DNA from: a virus
Direction: 5' to 3' (one strand)
Length of the DNA stretch: 64,000 nt
IMG/VR virus record: IMGVR_UViG_3300045988_141926
Coordinates: 64,380-128,379 of that record
Positions 31,146 to 41,124 of this stretch are shown in pieces. Under the pieces are notes generated by a model that worked only from the letters and a program-made list of their open reading frames with translations, did no database searches and was not told where the DNA came from. Every line of letters starts with the position of its first letter. The first letter of the stretch is position 1. The position numbers and the translations under genes are program-made.

Positions 31146-31673
31146 ATGGAAATTGAGCGTAAATGGCTTCTGAATAGTTTGCCTAAAAATTTAACATTTT
31201 GGGATCATTATACTACTATTGAGCAAGCATATTTAACGATTGAGAAGTTTAGTGATGTAATCACCAAGGAAGTGCGGGTTCGTAAAAAGACAACCGCAGA
31301 TGGTGAGACAGATTATAAACTGGCCTATAAGATTGGTAGCGGCCTTGTCCGTGAAGAAATTGAAACTCCTATCACTGAGGACTTCTGGAAGGAATGTACT
31401 AAGCATGTTATTCCTATCCATAAGAAATATTATACTGAAACTTGTAAATGTCTGCATTATAAGGATGATGATCTTACTCAGACATTTACAGTAGAGTTCA
31501 GTGAAGTCGATGGTGGCGAGTTCTATTATGCGGAAGTAGAATTTGATTCTATTGAAGACGCAAATCATTTCAATTTCCCTTATCCTAGTTTGGTGATTAG
31601 AGAGGCCACTGATGATGATAGTGTTCGTATGGCCAACTATTGGATGAAAACAGCATATCGTCGCATGGGCTAA
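31146..31673 (+). CDS. CYTH-domain (triphosphate tunnel metalloenzyme) protein
   Basis: N-terminal MEIERKWLL = ExExK signature of CYTH/CyaB-ThTPase family; AGGAGGATAATA-ATG. Confidence 0.55.
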   Translation: MEIERKWLLNSLPKNLTFWDHYTTIEQAYLTIEKFSDVITKEVRVRKKTTADGETDYKLAYKIGSGLVREEIETPITEDFWKECTKHVIPIHKKYYTETCKCLHYKDDDLTQTFTVEFSEVDGGEFYYAEVEFDSIEDANHFNFPYPSLVIREATDDDSVRMANYWMKTAYRRMG

Positions 31674-31681
31674 AAAATGAT

Positions 31682-31756
31682 GCCCTGGTAGTTTAATGGT
31701 GCGAACGGGGGACTTATAATCTCTTGATGGAAGTTCGATTCTTCCCCGGGGCACCA
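31682..31756 (+). tRNA. tRNA-Ile(TAT)
   Basis: GCCCTGG..GTTT-AATGGTGC-GAAC..GGGGA-CTTATAA-TCTCT..GGAAGTTCGATTCTTCC-CCGGGGC-A-CCA. Confidence 0.6.
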
Positions 31757-31832
31757 TTAAAAGACTCATACAGCAATTTTTGCTTGTTAAGCACTCACCT
31801 TTTAAGTGAACTATAAAATGAGTCTTGTATAT

Positions 31833-31908
31833 GTCCCGTTAGTCTAATTGGATAAAACGTTGGGTTTCTACCCCATATTTGAGAGTTCGAATCTTTCACG
31901 GGATGCCA
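31833..31908 (+). tRNA. tRNA-Arg(TCT)
   Basis: GTCCCGT-TA-GTCTAATTGGATAAAAC..TTGGG-TTTCTAC-CCCAT..GAGAGTTCGAATCTTTC-ACGGGAT-G-CCA. Confidence 0.7.
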
Positions 31909-31932
31909 TTAAATTAAATAAGGAGTGTCTCT

Positions 31933-33108
31933 ATGAAGTAGAAATTTTATCTATTTAATTTAGGAGCGTTTGTATTAGGAATAATTTTAGGTTTTATTGT
32001 TCCTTCAATTTTTCCATCAATCGCATTTTTAGGAACAATTTATATTAACCTTTTGAAAATGATGATTGTTCCAATATTATTCTTCGGAATATCAAGTGCA
32101 TTAGCTTCATCTAAACGAGCTGGCGCGATTACATTAAAAACAATTATTCTATTTATTATAATGTTTTCAGTATCATATTTAATCTGTTATGGATTATTTA
32201 GTATGATACAACCTGGTGTAGGATTTAATTTTACTCCAATAGAATGGAATGGAACAACAGTTTCTACTTCATTTGAAGAATTTTTTGTAGCTATTTTTCC
32301 GAATAATATTATTCAAGCTATGGTAAATAATTCAATTCTTCCTGTAATTTTATTTGCTTTTATGTTTGGTATAGCATTACGGCATACAACTCAAGCAGTA
32401 TCAGAGCGATTAATTACTACATTGAATTGTTTTAATTTAGCATTTAATAAAATGCTTGAATATATTTTATATTTTACTCCTATTGGTATTTTTGCTTTAA
32501 TGGGTAATACAGTTGCTACTTATGGTAGCCAAATCCTTACAACTTGCGCCATTTATGTTGGATGCGCTTGGTTGGGTTGTTTAATTATTGCTTTAATAGT
32601 AATGATTTTACCCGTATGGATTTATTGTCATATAAATCCAATAGAGTACATTAAACGAGTGAGTAAAATTTGGTTGATTACTTTATCTACTTGCGGTTCT
32701 GCGGCAACTCTTCCTTATACTATCAAGATTTGTAATGAGGAATTTGGTATTAATAAGGAAATTACTGACATTGTTGTTCCTCTTGGATGCACTATTCATA
32801 TGTGCGGAGGCGCCGTTTCATTTAGTCTATTGGCTTTGTTTAATTGTCAAATGTATGGTATTACAATTACGCCAATAATGTTTATTACAATGTTAGTTGC
32901 GGCTATTCTTATCAATATGGGTGCGCCTGGTATTCCGGGTGGTGGAGTAGTAATTGGTGCTTCTTATTTAGCATTGATTGGTTGCCCGCTTGATTTTATT
33001 GGAGTATATGCTGGTTTTTATCGACTGCTTGATATGGCTTATACTACAATGAATGTTAGTGGAGATATTACAGCTAATTTGTTAATCAATAAAAATATAA
33101 ATAAATAA
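31933..33108 (+). CDS. GltP/DctA-family (dicarboxylate/amino acid:cation) symporter (in-frame TAG at codon 3)
   Basis: multi-TM sequence resembling the dicarboxylate/amino acid:cation symporter (DAACS) family; ATG 31933 in frame with ORF 32053 through TAG. Confidence 0.5.
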
Positions 33109-33149
33109 AATAAAGGCGAAAACAGCAATTTGTTTTTTGATAGGGAACT

Positions 33150-33225
33150 ATTTGTTGAAGGTTCGAGTCCTTCTTCCCGCAACATATGCGGGGATAGCTC
33201 AACTGGTAGAAGCGATAGTATAAAA
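33150..33225 (+). tRNA. tRNA 3' half (GAAGGTTCGAGTCCTTC-TTCCCGC-A) followed after 6 nt by a tRNA 5' half (GCGGGGA-TA-GCTCAACTGGTAGAAGC): possible permuted or fragmented tRNA
   Basis: acceptor strands complementary (6/7 plus G:U) but in reversed order. Confidence 0.3.
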
Positions 33226-33244
33226 AAAATTTCGCCTTGTATAT

Positions 33245-33321
33245 GCGAGTGTAGCTCAGTAGGTCAGAGCAGTGTGCTGATAACGCAAAGGTCGGTGGTT
33301 CGAATCCACCCATTCGCACCA
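33245..33321 (+). tRNA. tRNA-Ile(GAT)
   Basis: GCGAGTG-TA-GCTCAGTAGGTCAGAGC..GTGTG-CTGATAA-CGCAA..GGTGGTTCGAATCCACC-CATTCGC-A-CCA. Confidence 0.75.
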
Positions 33322-33394
33322 TAGGATAAAACTTATTAATTGTCTATATTCAATTCTTAAAATATATAGAAATATGTTTTAAGGAGGTAGAATT

Positions 33395-34198
33395 GTGGAA
33401 TTTTTAGGTTGTAATCCTTCTAAAAAAGATTTAAGAAATTATAAAATTAGAGCTACAGCTTCTTAGATTGATAATTTACCTGATGAATTTGAATTACCAA
33501 AATATTCATTTATTAAAAATCAAGGAAGTGTTGGTTCTTGTGTTCCTCATGTAGTATCTGAAATACTTGAATATCATAATCATGGACAGAATAGATTATC
33601 TACTAATTTTTTATATGGTATAAAACGAGAATTGTGTGATGATTTAAGTTAGGGTATGTATTTAAGTGATGCTTGTAAAATAGCAACTAAATATGGTGAT
33701 ATGCTTGAATCTGATTGTTCAGGTAATGTTGAAATTCCTCATGCTTGGTATGAGGCCGAAAGTGCGTATGCTAATGCTGAAAAAATGAAGCGTGCATATA
33801 CATTTAGATTATAGAGTTATTTTACTTGTAAAACAAATAATGATATTAAAGTTGCCCTTCAAAAATATGGGCCGGTCGCTGCATGTATTGATTGGTATCA
33901 AGGATGTAGGGCTAAAAATGATGGAACATTTATTTATAACATAAAACACAAATCAACTTATCATTGTATTATGATTTATGGATGGAATAAACAAGGGTTT
34001 TTATGTCAAAATTCATTCGGTAAATCATGGGGCAACGATGGTTGTTTTATTTTACCTTATGATTATGTTATTGGTGATGCTCGCGCATTAGTTGATGAGT
34101 ATAATCCAGAAGAAGAAGCATTAATTATACCAAAGACTAATAAATTTTTAGATTTTTGGTATAAAATTTTAAATTGGTTTATTAATTTGGTGAGGTAA
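33395..34198 (+). CDS. papain-like (C1 family) cysteine peptidase (GTG start; 3 in-frame TAG)
   Basis: QGSVGSC (Gln/Cys), HCIMIYGW (His), NSFGKSWGNDGCF (Asn-Ser-Trp) catalytic motifs. Confidence 0.55.
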
Positions 34199-34214
34199 TT
34201 TGGAAAAAAGATTA

Positions 34215-35480
34215 ATGTGGTTTCTTACAAATTAGTGCAATTTAAATTGTTTAAATTGCGCCAATCACTGTGATGATCCAAGCGTTAAAAAATTTTTTAT
34301 AACATTAGATGATGTGGAATTAAATTTAAAAAAAATAAAAATATTATTTTCAAATTTGGATACTTTAGATTTAAGTGGTGGAGAAGCAATTTTACATCCT
34401 TAGATTTAGGATATTTGTAAAATGATTTATAAATTTTTTCCAAATATAAAAATTATGATTTATACAAATGGATTAATATTAAATCATTTAACTGAAGATT
34501 TATTATTTTTTTTAGCTAATTATCATATTAAATTTGTTATTTCTATTTATCCTAGAATAAAATATTTTTAGTAGTATGAGTTATTATTTAATAAATTAGA
34601 TAATAATAATATTGAATATGAAATAAGAAATAGTTTATTATTTCATTGTAATCCTATTATATAGGATTTAAATAATGAAGAAAAGAAAAAATGTTTTTGT
34701 GTTAACTATGATAATTCAACTTATTATTTAATTAATAATTATTTTTATCCTTGCTGTATAGCTGTTAATAATTTTTCTTATTTATCTGATAATAGTCGTA
34801 AAAATCTAACTACAATTTAGGATTTATCAGAATTAGATAATATGATGAATAATTTATTAACTCTTTGTTATAATTGTTCGAATACTCGTGTATTTATACA
34901 TCCTTGGCATGAAACTACATTAGGATTAAATAGAAGTTTATTAAAAAAATATAATTATAATTTATTTGATTTATATTATTATGATTATAATAAATATAAA
35001 TAGATTTATTATGATTATGATAAAGATTATTTAATTTTAATGCATTATCCTATTATGAGGAAATCGTTTGGAGATATGCCAGGATTATTTAATAAATCAA
35101 GCTTAAGTGTAAAATATTTAAACGGTTTATTAGATATTTATGTTTATATTCCAAATAATTTATCATTAAATAAGTTAAATAATTATATCGCCCAAATTCA
35201 AAAACAATCTATTTTTTCTAAATGTAATTTTTATTATTTAAAAAATTTTAATAATAATAATTATAATATAATGAATGAATTATATAATAAATTTTCTCCA
35301 TATAAGCAAGAAGAAAATCATTGTTATTATTTATAGTCTAATTCATATGAAAATGGTTATAAAGAATTTTTAGAACATAGTTTTTTACCTTATAAATTTA
35401 GTTTAGATATAACTAATTTAAATAATTTAAAAGATGAAAACTATCTGGAGAAACAATATAATCAATTACAAGGAATATAA
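34215..35480 (+). CDS. radical SAM protein (CNLNCLNC; many in-frame TAG)
   Basis: MWFLTNQCNLNCLNCANH; GGEAILHP; frame 0 continuous with ORF 35040..35336. Confidence 0.5.
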
Positions 35481-35481
35481 T

Positions 35482-36030
35482 ATGTTAAAAGCTATAATGG
35501 CCGGTGTTTTGATTGGTATTGCCGGTCTTGTTAATCTAAGTATTAATGTTCCTTATTTAGGAGCATTTCTTTTTTCTACTGGACTATTAATTATTTGCTA
35601 TTAGCAATATAATTTATATACTGGTAAAATTGGATATATTAAATCATTAAATGATTTTAAAAATTGTTTAATTTATTTAATCGGCAATTTAATTGGTGTA
35701 TTTTGTATAGGTATTATTCCGCAAACAACTACAATATTAAATAAAATTAATCAACCATGGTATTTAACATTATGGTTGTCTATTGGTTGTGGTATTCTTA
35801 TTTATTATGCAGTTGATATATTTAAGAAACATAATAGTGTAATTGGAATTTTATTATGTGTTCCTACATTTATTATATGCGGTTTTAATCACTGTATTGC
35901 TAATATGTATTATATAATTGCAAGTCGTGAATTTACCATTGATGCTTTAATTTTTATTATTATTTGTATTATTGGAAATTCAATAGGTAGTTTAATTTGT
36001 AATTATGTTGACAATTTTAAAAAAATATAA
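35482..36030 (+). CDS. integral membrane protein, formate/nitrite-transporter-like (GFNHCIANMYY motif)
   Basis: multi-TM; motif resembles FNT family; 1 in-frame TAG. Confidence 0.4.
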
Positions 36031-36078
36031 TATAATATTTATATAAGATGAAGGAAGGGAAAAATCTTCCTTCAATAT

Positions 36079-36154
36079 CCGGGTGTAGCTCAGTTGATAG
36101 AGCGCGGCATTTGGGATGCTGAGGCCGTGAGTTTGAGTCTCACCACTCGGACCA
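36079..36154 (+). tRNA. tRNA-Pro(TGG)
   Basis: CCGGGTG-TA-GCTCAGTTGATAGAGC..CGGCA-TTTGGGA-TGCTG..GTGAGTTTGAGTCTCAC-CACTCGG-A-CCA. Confidence 0.75.
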
Positions 36155-36422
36155 TCGAGAATAAAAATCCTTAATTGATTTTTTATAAAAAATATATTAT
36201 AATATATATAGAAAATTAAGAAAGGGATTTAAAAATGGAAATTTCATTTGAAACTGCTCAGTTGGTTCATGAAGCGATTGCGTATACGATTACTAAAACA
36301 TCGTATTTTACAACTGGTCAAATTCCTTCGGCAGATGATGTCAATAGCGCAACAAGTTTGTTTTTCTGTAAGTTTTTGGAAGACGAGAAGAATATTACAA
36401 CAATTCGGTAATAAGAAAGGAA

Positions 36423-36638
36423 TTGATGAAAATGGAAATTAATTTTGGTTCTCGTTATGCTGACCTCGATAACAATGTTTATAAGGTTGTGGGTAATGCA
36501 TTTCATTATGGCGATAAGACTGATGAAGTGATTTTCCTAGCTCCTATCAAGAATGGCACTGTGGGCGATGTTCAGTATATTTCTCGCAAGGAAATGGAAA
36601 AGGGTGGAATCCTGTTCCCTGTTTCTAAGTATAATTAA
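36423..36638 (+). CDS. hypothetical protein
   Basis: 71-aa ORF. Confidence 0.4.
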   Translation: MMKMEINFGSRYADLDNNVYKVVGNAFHYGDKTDEVIFLAPIKNGTVGDVQYISRKEMEKGGILFPVSKYN

Positions 36639-36713
36639 GTCCCGTTAGTCCAATGGATAAGACCTGTGGCTACGGACCACATAATCGGGGTTCGAATCCT
36701 CGACGGGATGCCA
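36639..36713 (+). tRNA. tRNA-Arg(ACG)
   Basis: GTCCCGT-TA-GTCCAATGGATAAGAC..TGTGG-CTACGGA-CCACA..CGGGGTTCGAATCCTCG-ACGGGAT-G-CCA. Confidence 0.75.
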
Positions 36714-36816
36714 TTTGCTTTGCATTTGATATCGTTTTATATTAATACTCCCTACATACTATAAACCGTGGATTTGTAGCCACAATGCGGAGAGGTAGTT
36801 TTTGACTCCGCTATAT

Positions 36817-36892
36817 GGGCGATTGGCGCAGCTGGTAGCGCATCTGATTTACATTCAGAGGGTCAGCGGTTCGAGTCCGTTATCGCCCACCA
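36817..36892 (+). tRNA. tRNA-Val(TAC)
   Basis: GGGCGAT-TG-GCGCAGCTGGTAGCGC..TCTGA-TTTACAT-TCAGA..AGCGGTTCGAGTCCGTT-ATCGCCC-A-CCA. Confidence 0.75.
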
Positions 36893-36911
36893 GTAGAAAG
36901 GAATGAATTAA

Positions 36912-37343
36912 ATGTCTCAATATCTCAATTTTTTTATTAAAACTGGTGAAAATCAATATCAGCAAATTGCGAGTTATTCTCGTAATCATGTGATTTATAA
37001 GGCATTTGATTCTGCTCCTTATGAGCAAATTAGGCGACTAACTGAATCAAAAATAGTAAATGCTATTGAAAATTTAGTAATGGCAAGAGATTCCTTTCAA
37101 AAAGCAATGAGAGATACTGATGAGCAAGTTGCGATTCAGTATCGGCTATGTTCAAAAGATGAATTTCTTGATATTTATCGTCAAATCCAACAAACAAATA
37201 AAGAATTGAAACAAGATGTTGAGGAATGTAATAATGGGATTCTTGAACTTCAATTTATTCAACGAATGACAAGAATTCCCAATGATGCTATAATTTACTT
37301 CGGAGTTGAGATTTATAATCCAACAGATGAAGATATAATTTAA
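36912..37343 (+). CDS. hypothetical protein
   Basis: 143-aa ORF. Confidence 0.5.
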   Translation: MSQYLNFFIKTGENQYQQIASYSRNHVIYKAFDSAPYEQIRRLTESKIVNAIENLVMARDSFQKAMRDTDEQVAIQYRLCSKDEFLDIYRQIQQTNKELKQDVEECNNGILELQFIQRMTRIPNDAIIYFGVEIYNPTDEDII

Positions 37344-37664
37344 TATAAAGACCCTTGCAGCAAACTCTTCTAATGAAGAATTACAGGTTCAAATCCTGTT
37401 GAACGCACTAGCGTTTATGGCGGAATGGTTTACGCGATTGACTGATAATCAATTTATTCATATTTGGGGTCTTGCGCTTAACGAAATTTAGTTCAAGAAT
37501 ATTAAAATGTTCGAAATTTCGTTTCCGCGTCTATGATAGTAAAAGCACGATAAATAAATTAACTATATCTCTTAGTCATGCCATAAAATAAAATGATATG
37601 GTTTTATAGAGAGAAATTTTGGCTTGGAGAATCGGGAGAGCCAATAGACGCAACAATTTAATAT

Positions 37665-37861
37665 ACGGCCGTCGCCAAACAGGTAAGGCACAGGACTTTC
37701 GAGAAATCGTTTAAATGGGTTATATTGTGTGATGGGTTAAGTAGCATAGTGTAAGTTCTGTTAGTAGGACGCCAACCGGAATGATTGGTAGTATGAGTGC
37801 AAGTCTCATTTTCTCGCCCTGACTCCTGTATCTGCTGGTTCGAGTCCAGCCGGCCGTGCCA
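37665..37861 (+). tRNA. tRNA-Gln(TTG) interrupted after anticodon position 35 by ~121-nt insertion (37700..37820)
   Basis: 5' exon ACGGCCG-TC-GCCAAACAGGTAAGGCA-C-AGGA-CTTT matches tRNA-Gln D-arm; 3' exon GAC-TCCTG-TATCT-GCTGGTTCGAGTCCAGC-CGGCCGT-G-CCA. Confidence 0.5.
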
Positions 37862-37976
37862 CCGGAGCTCTGCTAAATCATATATTTAATTAAGAACTTG
37901 CTATTCTGAACGAATATATGAGGATTGAAAAAATAGGTCTAGATGACGCAGATAACCTACTCCGGACCAGAAGTAA

Positions 37977-38177
37977 GTGAGGAAAATAATGTATATTTGT
38001 CCAACTTGTAATAGAGGATTTTCAACAGAAGAGGGTGTAGCTAAACATTTTCTAAGCTGTTGGAAAGAACAAAATCCATATCATCAATCAAAACCTGCTC
38101 CTCGTAGTGAAGATATTAACACGATGGAAATGAATGATGATGTAATGAATTTTTTTAATTCATTTAAACAGAGGTAA
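37977..38177 (+). CDS. hypothetical small CxxC protein
   Basis: 66-aa ORF, GTGAGGAAAATA-ATG. Confidence 0.4.
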   Translation: MRKIMYICPTCNRGFSTEEGVAKHFLSCWKEQNPYHQSKPAPRSEDINTMEMNDDVMNFFNSFKQR

Positions 38178-38180
38178 AAA

Positions 38181-38531
38181 ATGGAAGAAGTCGCGGTAAA
38201 AACTCATTTAATCATTACTGATATTCATGAAGAATATTATATGAATTGGTGCGGTAAAATTTTTGATGCGAAACCTAAATTGAAAAATGGTTTACCTGTT
38301 TTTACAATTATTGGTAGCCGCGGTCGAATGGAAATTAGCACGATTGATATGAATCAATTGGAAAAATGTGCTAAATCTTTGACTTATCCGCGAGGTCGTT
38401 CTGCCGTTTCTAAAGATAGTTCTCAAATCTATATCCAAGAGATAGACGGAAATGAGAAACTATTGGGTGTTTTAACTCATAAGCATATTAAGAGTTATGC
38501 TCCAATGTATGATAAAGTAGGTTTTAGATAA
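38181..38531 (+). CDS. hypothetical protein
   Basis: 116-aa ORF. Confidence 0.45.
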   Translation: MEEVAVKTHLIITDIHEEYYMNWCGKIFDAKPKLKNGLPVFTIIGSRGRMEISTIDMNQLEKCAKSLTYPRGRSAVSKDSSQIYIQEIDGNEKLLGVLTHKHIKSYAPMYDKVGFR

Positions 38532-38776
38532 GGAGAGTAATATGAATTTTCACACTAAGGCTCATTATGAGTATCGTATTGCAAAACTGAAGGCTAAGGG
38601 TGAGGTTGTTAATGCCAATTTAATTCGTAAGGCCGAGCGCAAATTGCGTAATATGAAGTAATTTGACATTTTAAAAAATTTATTGTATAATAAATATATA
38701 AATTAAAGGCTTGTTCAGCAAATACTTGTGTAATAGATGATTTAATTAGGTTATTTATTCGAGCCTTGTCAGACAT

Positions 38777-38850
38777 TCCGGCTTGGAGTAATGGTAGCCC
38801 GCCTGACTCTAAATCAGGTCGACTCGGTTCGAATCCGAGAGCCGGTGCCA
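38777..38850 (+). tRNA. suppressor tRNA(CTA) reading UAG (probably Gln-derived)
   Basis: anticodon arm CCTGA-CTCTAAA-TCAGG (anticodon CUA), T-arm CTCGGTTCGAATCCGAG, acceptor TCCGGCT/AGCCGGT-G-CCA with U1:U72. Confidence 0.65.
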
Positions 38851-39016
38851 GAAGCGGAGCAATATGTATACAAACCATTGATAAGTCTTCGCTAGATGGA
38901 ATGTAGGGTTCGAAGTGCCCATCATTTAAAGAGTAGTCTGCGGTCGCGAGGTAGATTTTTGGTCGAGGGACACACCATCAAGGTTCTCGATTTACCTTAA
39001 ACAAAATCGAATATTT

Positions 39017-39104
39017 GGGCCGGTAATGTGTTAAAGTAGGCACGTCAGTCTGTAAAACTGATACCTTATGGTTCGAGTGGGTGCGATTCCCTCTCGGCCC
39101 ACCA
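39017..39104 (+). tRNA. tRNA-Tyr(GTA), type II
   Basis: GGGCCGG..GTGT/GCAC D-stem..TCAGT-CTGTAAA-ACTGA, variable hairpin ACCTTATGGT, acceptor TCGGCCC-A-CCA; atypical T-loop TGCGATT. Confidence 0.5.
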
Positions 39105-39477
39105 GTAGGTTATAAAGGTGAAATCCCATCAAGTGGCAATACACCGAGAGCGTGTGTTGGATATTTGATTACCTATGAGTCCCTAAGCATAAAGTTATAA
39201 TAGCGAGGGCGGGCCCTTGTGTCGAAATGACAAGGTGAGTTATAGGGTATAGTTTAATTATTATGAGCTGTTTGGAGTACGTTAATGATTTGTCAATAAA
39301 ATAAGTGTAAGGTGTCCTATTCGCCTGCCAAACATAATACATGAGTTTTATTGGACAGAATTTTTCTGTTATTAATAGTGAAGTAGCTGATGGTTAACAG
39401 GTAGGTAGCATAACACAAGGTGCGCTTTAGTGGTTATGAAGTAAGCGATAGCATTATTAATAACAGGGATTTTTTGT

Positions 39478-39545
39478 TTATAAACGCGCTCCGGGCGAGG
39501 GCGAGCGTAAGAATCGAAAATCCAAATCAAAAATGGTTTTAAAAA
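39478..39545 (+). ncRNA. conserved ~60-nt element, copy 2 (CGCGCTCCGGGCGAGGGCGAGCGTAAGAATCGAAAATCCAAATCAAAAATGG)
   Basis: matches 9428..9490. Confidence 0.35.
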
Positions 39546-39559
39546 ATTTTAATATAAAT

Positions 39560-39634
39560 GCCGGATTAGCACAGTGGTAGTGCAATCGCCTTGTAAGCGA
39601 TAGGTCGGGGGTTCGAATCCGTCATCCGGCTCCA
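39560..39634 (+). tRNA. tRNA-Thr(TGT)
   Basis: GCCGGAT-TA-GCACAGTGGTAGTGC..ATCGC-CTTGTAA-GCGAT..GGTTCGAATCC..ATCCGGC-T-CCA. Confidence 0.7.
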
Positions 39635-39777
39635 TAATATCCGCACGGATGGCCGTGGTCATAAGTTTAGCTAACTTGCTCTATTAGAGATTTAGTGCGG
39701 TATATAAATTAATATGGGCCTATAAGCGAGTGGTATGACCCTCATTCGCTATTTTTTTGAGAAAAAGGTGTATTATT

Positions 39778-40128
39778 ATGAAGTATTCTCTGGATAAGTA
39801 TAAGTATTTTATCTATTATGACAAGAATGGTAAGAAGACGGTTTCCGCAGTTTCTACTTATGCTGGTAGAACTGTAAAGGGCTATGCCAAGTGTGATCCT
39901 CGTGATAATTTTTCTGAGGATAATGGTAAGAAGCTCGCAGCAGCCCGGTGTAATGCTAAGGTGGCTGATAAGCGCGTGAAGCGCGCAGAAAAGAAAATGG
40001 GTGATGCACTCCGTCAGTTAGATGCGGCTGAGGCCTATTACAAGCGTATGCGGACTTATTTCAATGATGCGTCCAGAGATGCTGAGTTCGCGAAGAATGA
40101 AGTTATTTGTCTCGAACAGGAAATGTAA
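39778..40128 (+). CDS. hypothetical basic protein
   Basis: ORF 39757..40128; GAGAAAAAGGTG..ATG start at 39778. Confidence 0.45.
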   Translation: MKYSLDKYKYFIYYDKNGKKTVSAVSTYAGRTVKGYAKCDPRDNFSEDNGKKLAAARCNAKVADKRVKRAEKKMGDALRQLDAAEAYYKRMRTYFNDASRDAEFAKNEVICLEQEM

Positions 40129-40154
40129 TATAAACGGGGTTTAATACCCCATAT

Positions 40155-40245
40155 GCCGGGGTGCGCAAGCGGTCATAAGCGCCTAGTCTTGAAAACTTGT
40201 GTGAGCTAATTACTCCCGTGGGTTCGAATCCCACCCCCGGCGCCA
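40155..40245 (+). tRNA. tRNA-Ser(TGA), type II
   Basis: GCCGGGG..CTAGT-CTTGAAA-ACTTG, long variable arm, GTGGGTTCGAATCCCAC-CCCCGGC-G-CCA. Confidence 0.6.
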
Positions 40246-40252
40246 AATAAAA

Positions 40253-40300
40253 AAAATGGTGATATATATTTATATTATATATCACCATTTTTTTATCCTT
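40253..40300. terminator. bidirectional terminator hairpin (TGGTGATATATAtttatatTATATATCACCA flanked by A/T runs)
   Basis: palindrome between convergent tRNA-Ser (+) and minus-strand CDS. Confidence 0.55.
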
Positions 40301-40982
40301 GCGGATGAGCTGCATTATAATCTGCAATAATTTTTTCAATTTGAGCTTTGGTAAAATGAGGTTTAGATTCTAATTTAGAAATTTTTGTTTTTAATTGAGA
40401 AATTTCATATTCTAATGTAGCAATTTTTGTATCTAATTTTTTAATTTTATCAATACTATCTTGAGCATTTACTACTTCAATACTAGAAAATTTCCAAGTA
40501 GGATTCCCAGTAGTATTTTTATTTAATGTTGATAAATTCCCTAAATTATAAGTATTAGGATTCCATTCTGGATTGTTATTATCATGTTCTTTAGCTTGCT
40601 ATGGATAAAATCGAGAAAATACAGCTTGACTAGGGCTAAGGAAGATAGCATCTAGTAATTCTGCAGAATCATCTGTTTCACTAATTCGTCTTTTAATTAT
40701 TTTATTATCCATACTATCTTGAATGATATTAAAAATTTCATTTGTATTACCTGTAGTATTTATAAATAATAGAGGATTCCCTCCTCCTCCTGAATTCGAA
40801 TTTCCATTTATTAATTCTAATTTTTCATTTATTTCTGTTTTAGTATAACTAATAGGATCATCATTTATAGAATCTGTGTATAAAACTTTTTTATTCCCGT
40901 CATTTTTTAATGCAAATTTTTCTTTTAGCTGTGTATAAAAATCTTTAAGATTCTATAATCCTACAACTTTTTTTTCTGCCAT
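40263..40982 (-). CDS. hypothetical coiled-coil protein on minus strand (2 in-frame TAG)
   Basis: manual translation MAEKKVVGL*NLKDFY...ISQLKTKISKLESKPHF...AAHPQG-TAA; 720 nt; not in ORF track because of TAG. Confidence 0.4.
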
Positions 40983-41064
40983 TTATTTAACAACTCCTTT
41001 ATATCTTTTATAAATTTAAAAAAAAATATAAATGATTTAAATATCTTAGGCCAATAATAAAAAA

Positions 41065-41124
41065 TTGACATTTTCAAAAAAATATAATATAATATATATA
41101 GAAAATAAAAATAGGAGAAAGATT
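41065..41124 (+). promoter_or_regulatory. conserved phage promoter/leader (TTGACA variant)
   Basis: TTGACATTTTCAAAAAAATATAATATAATATATATAGAAAATAAAAATAGGAGAAAGATT. Confidence 0.6.

Noticed and set aside
40103-40339. 78-aa minus-strand ORF
   Set aside because: Lies over tRNA-Ser(TGA) and the bidirectional terminator palindrome.
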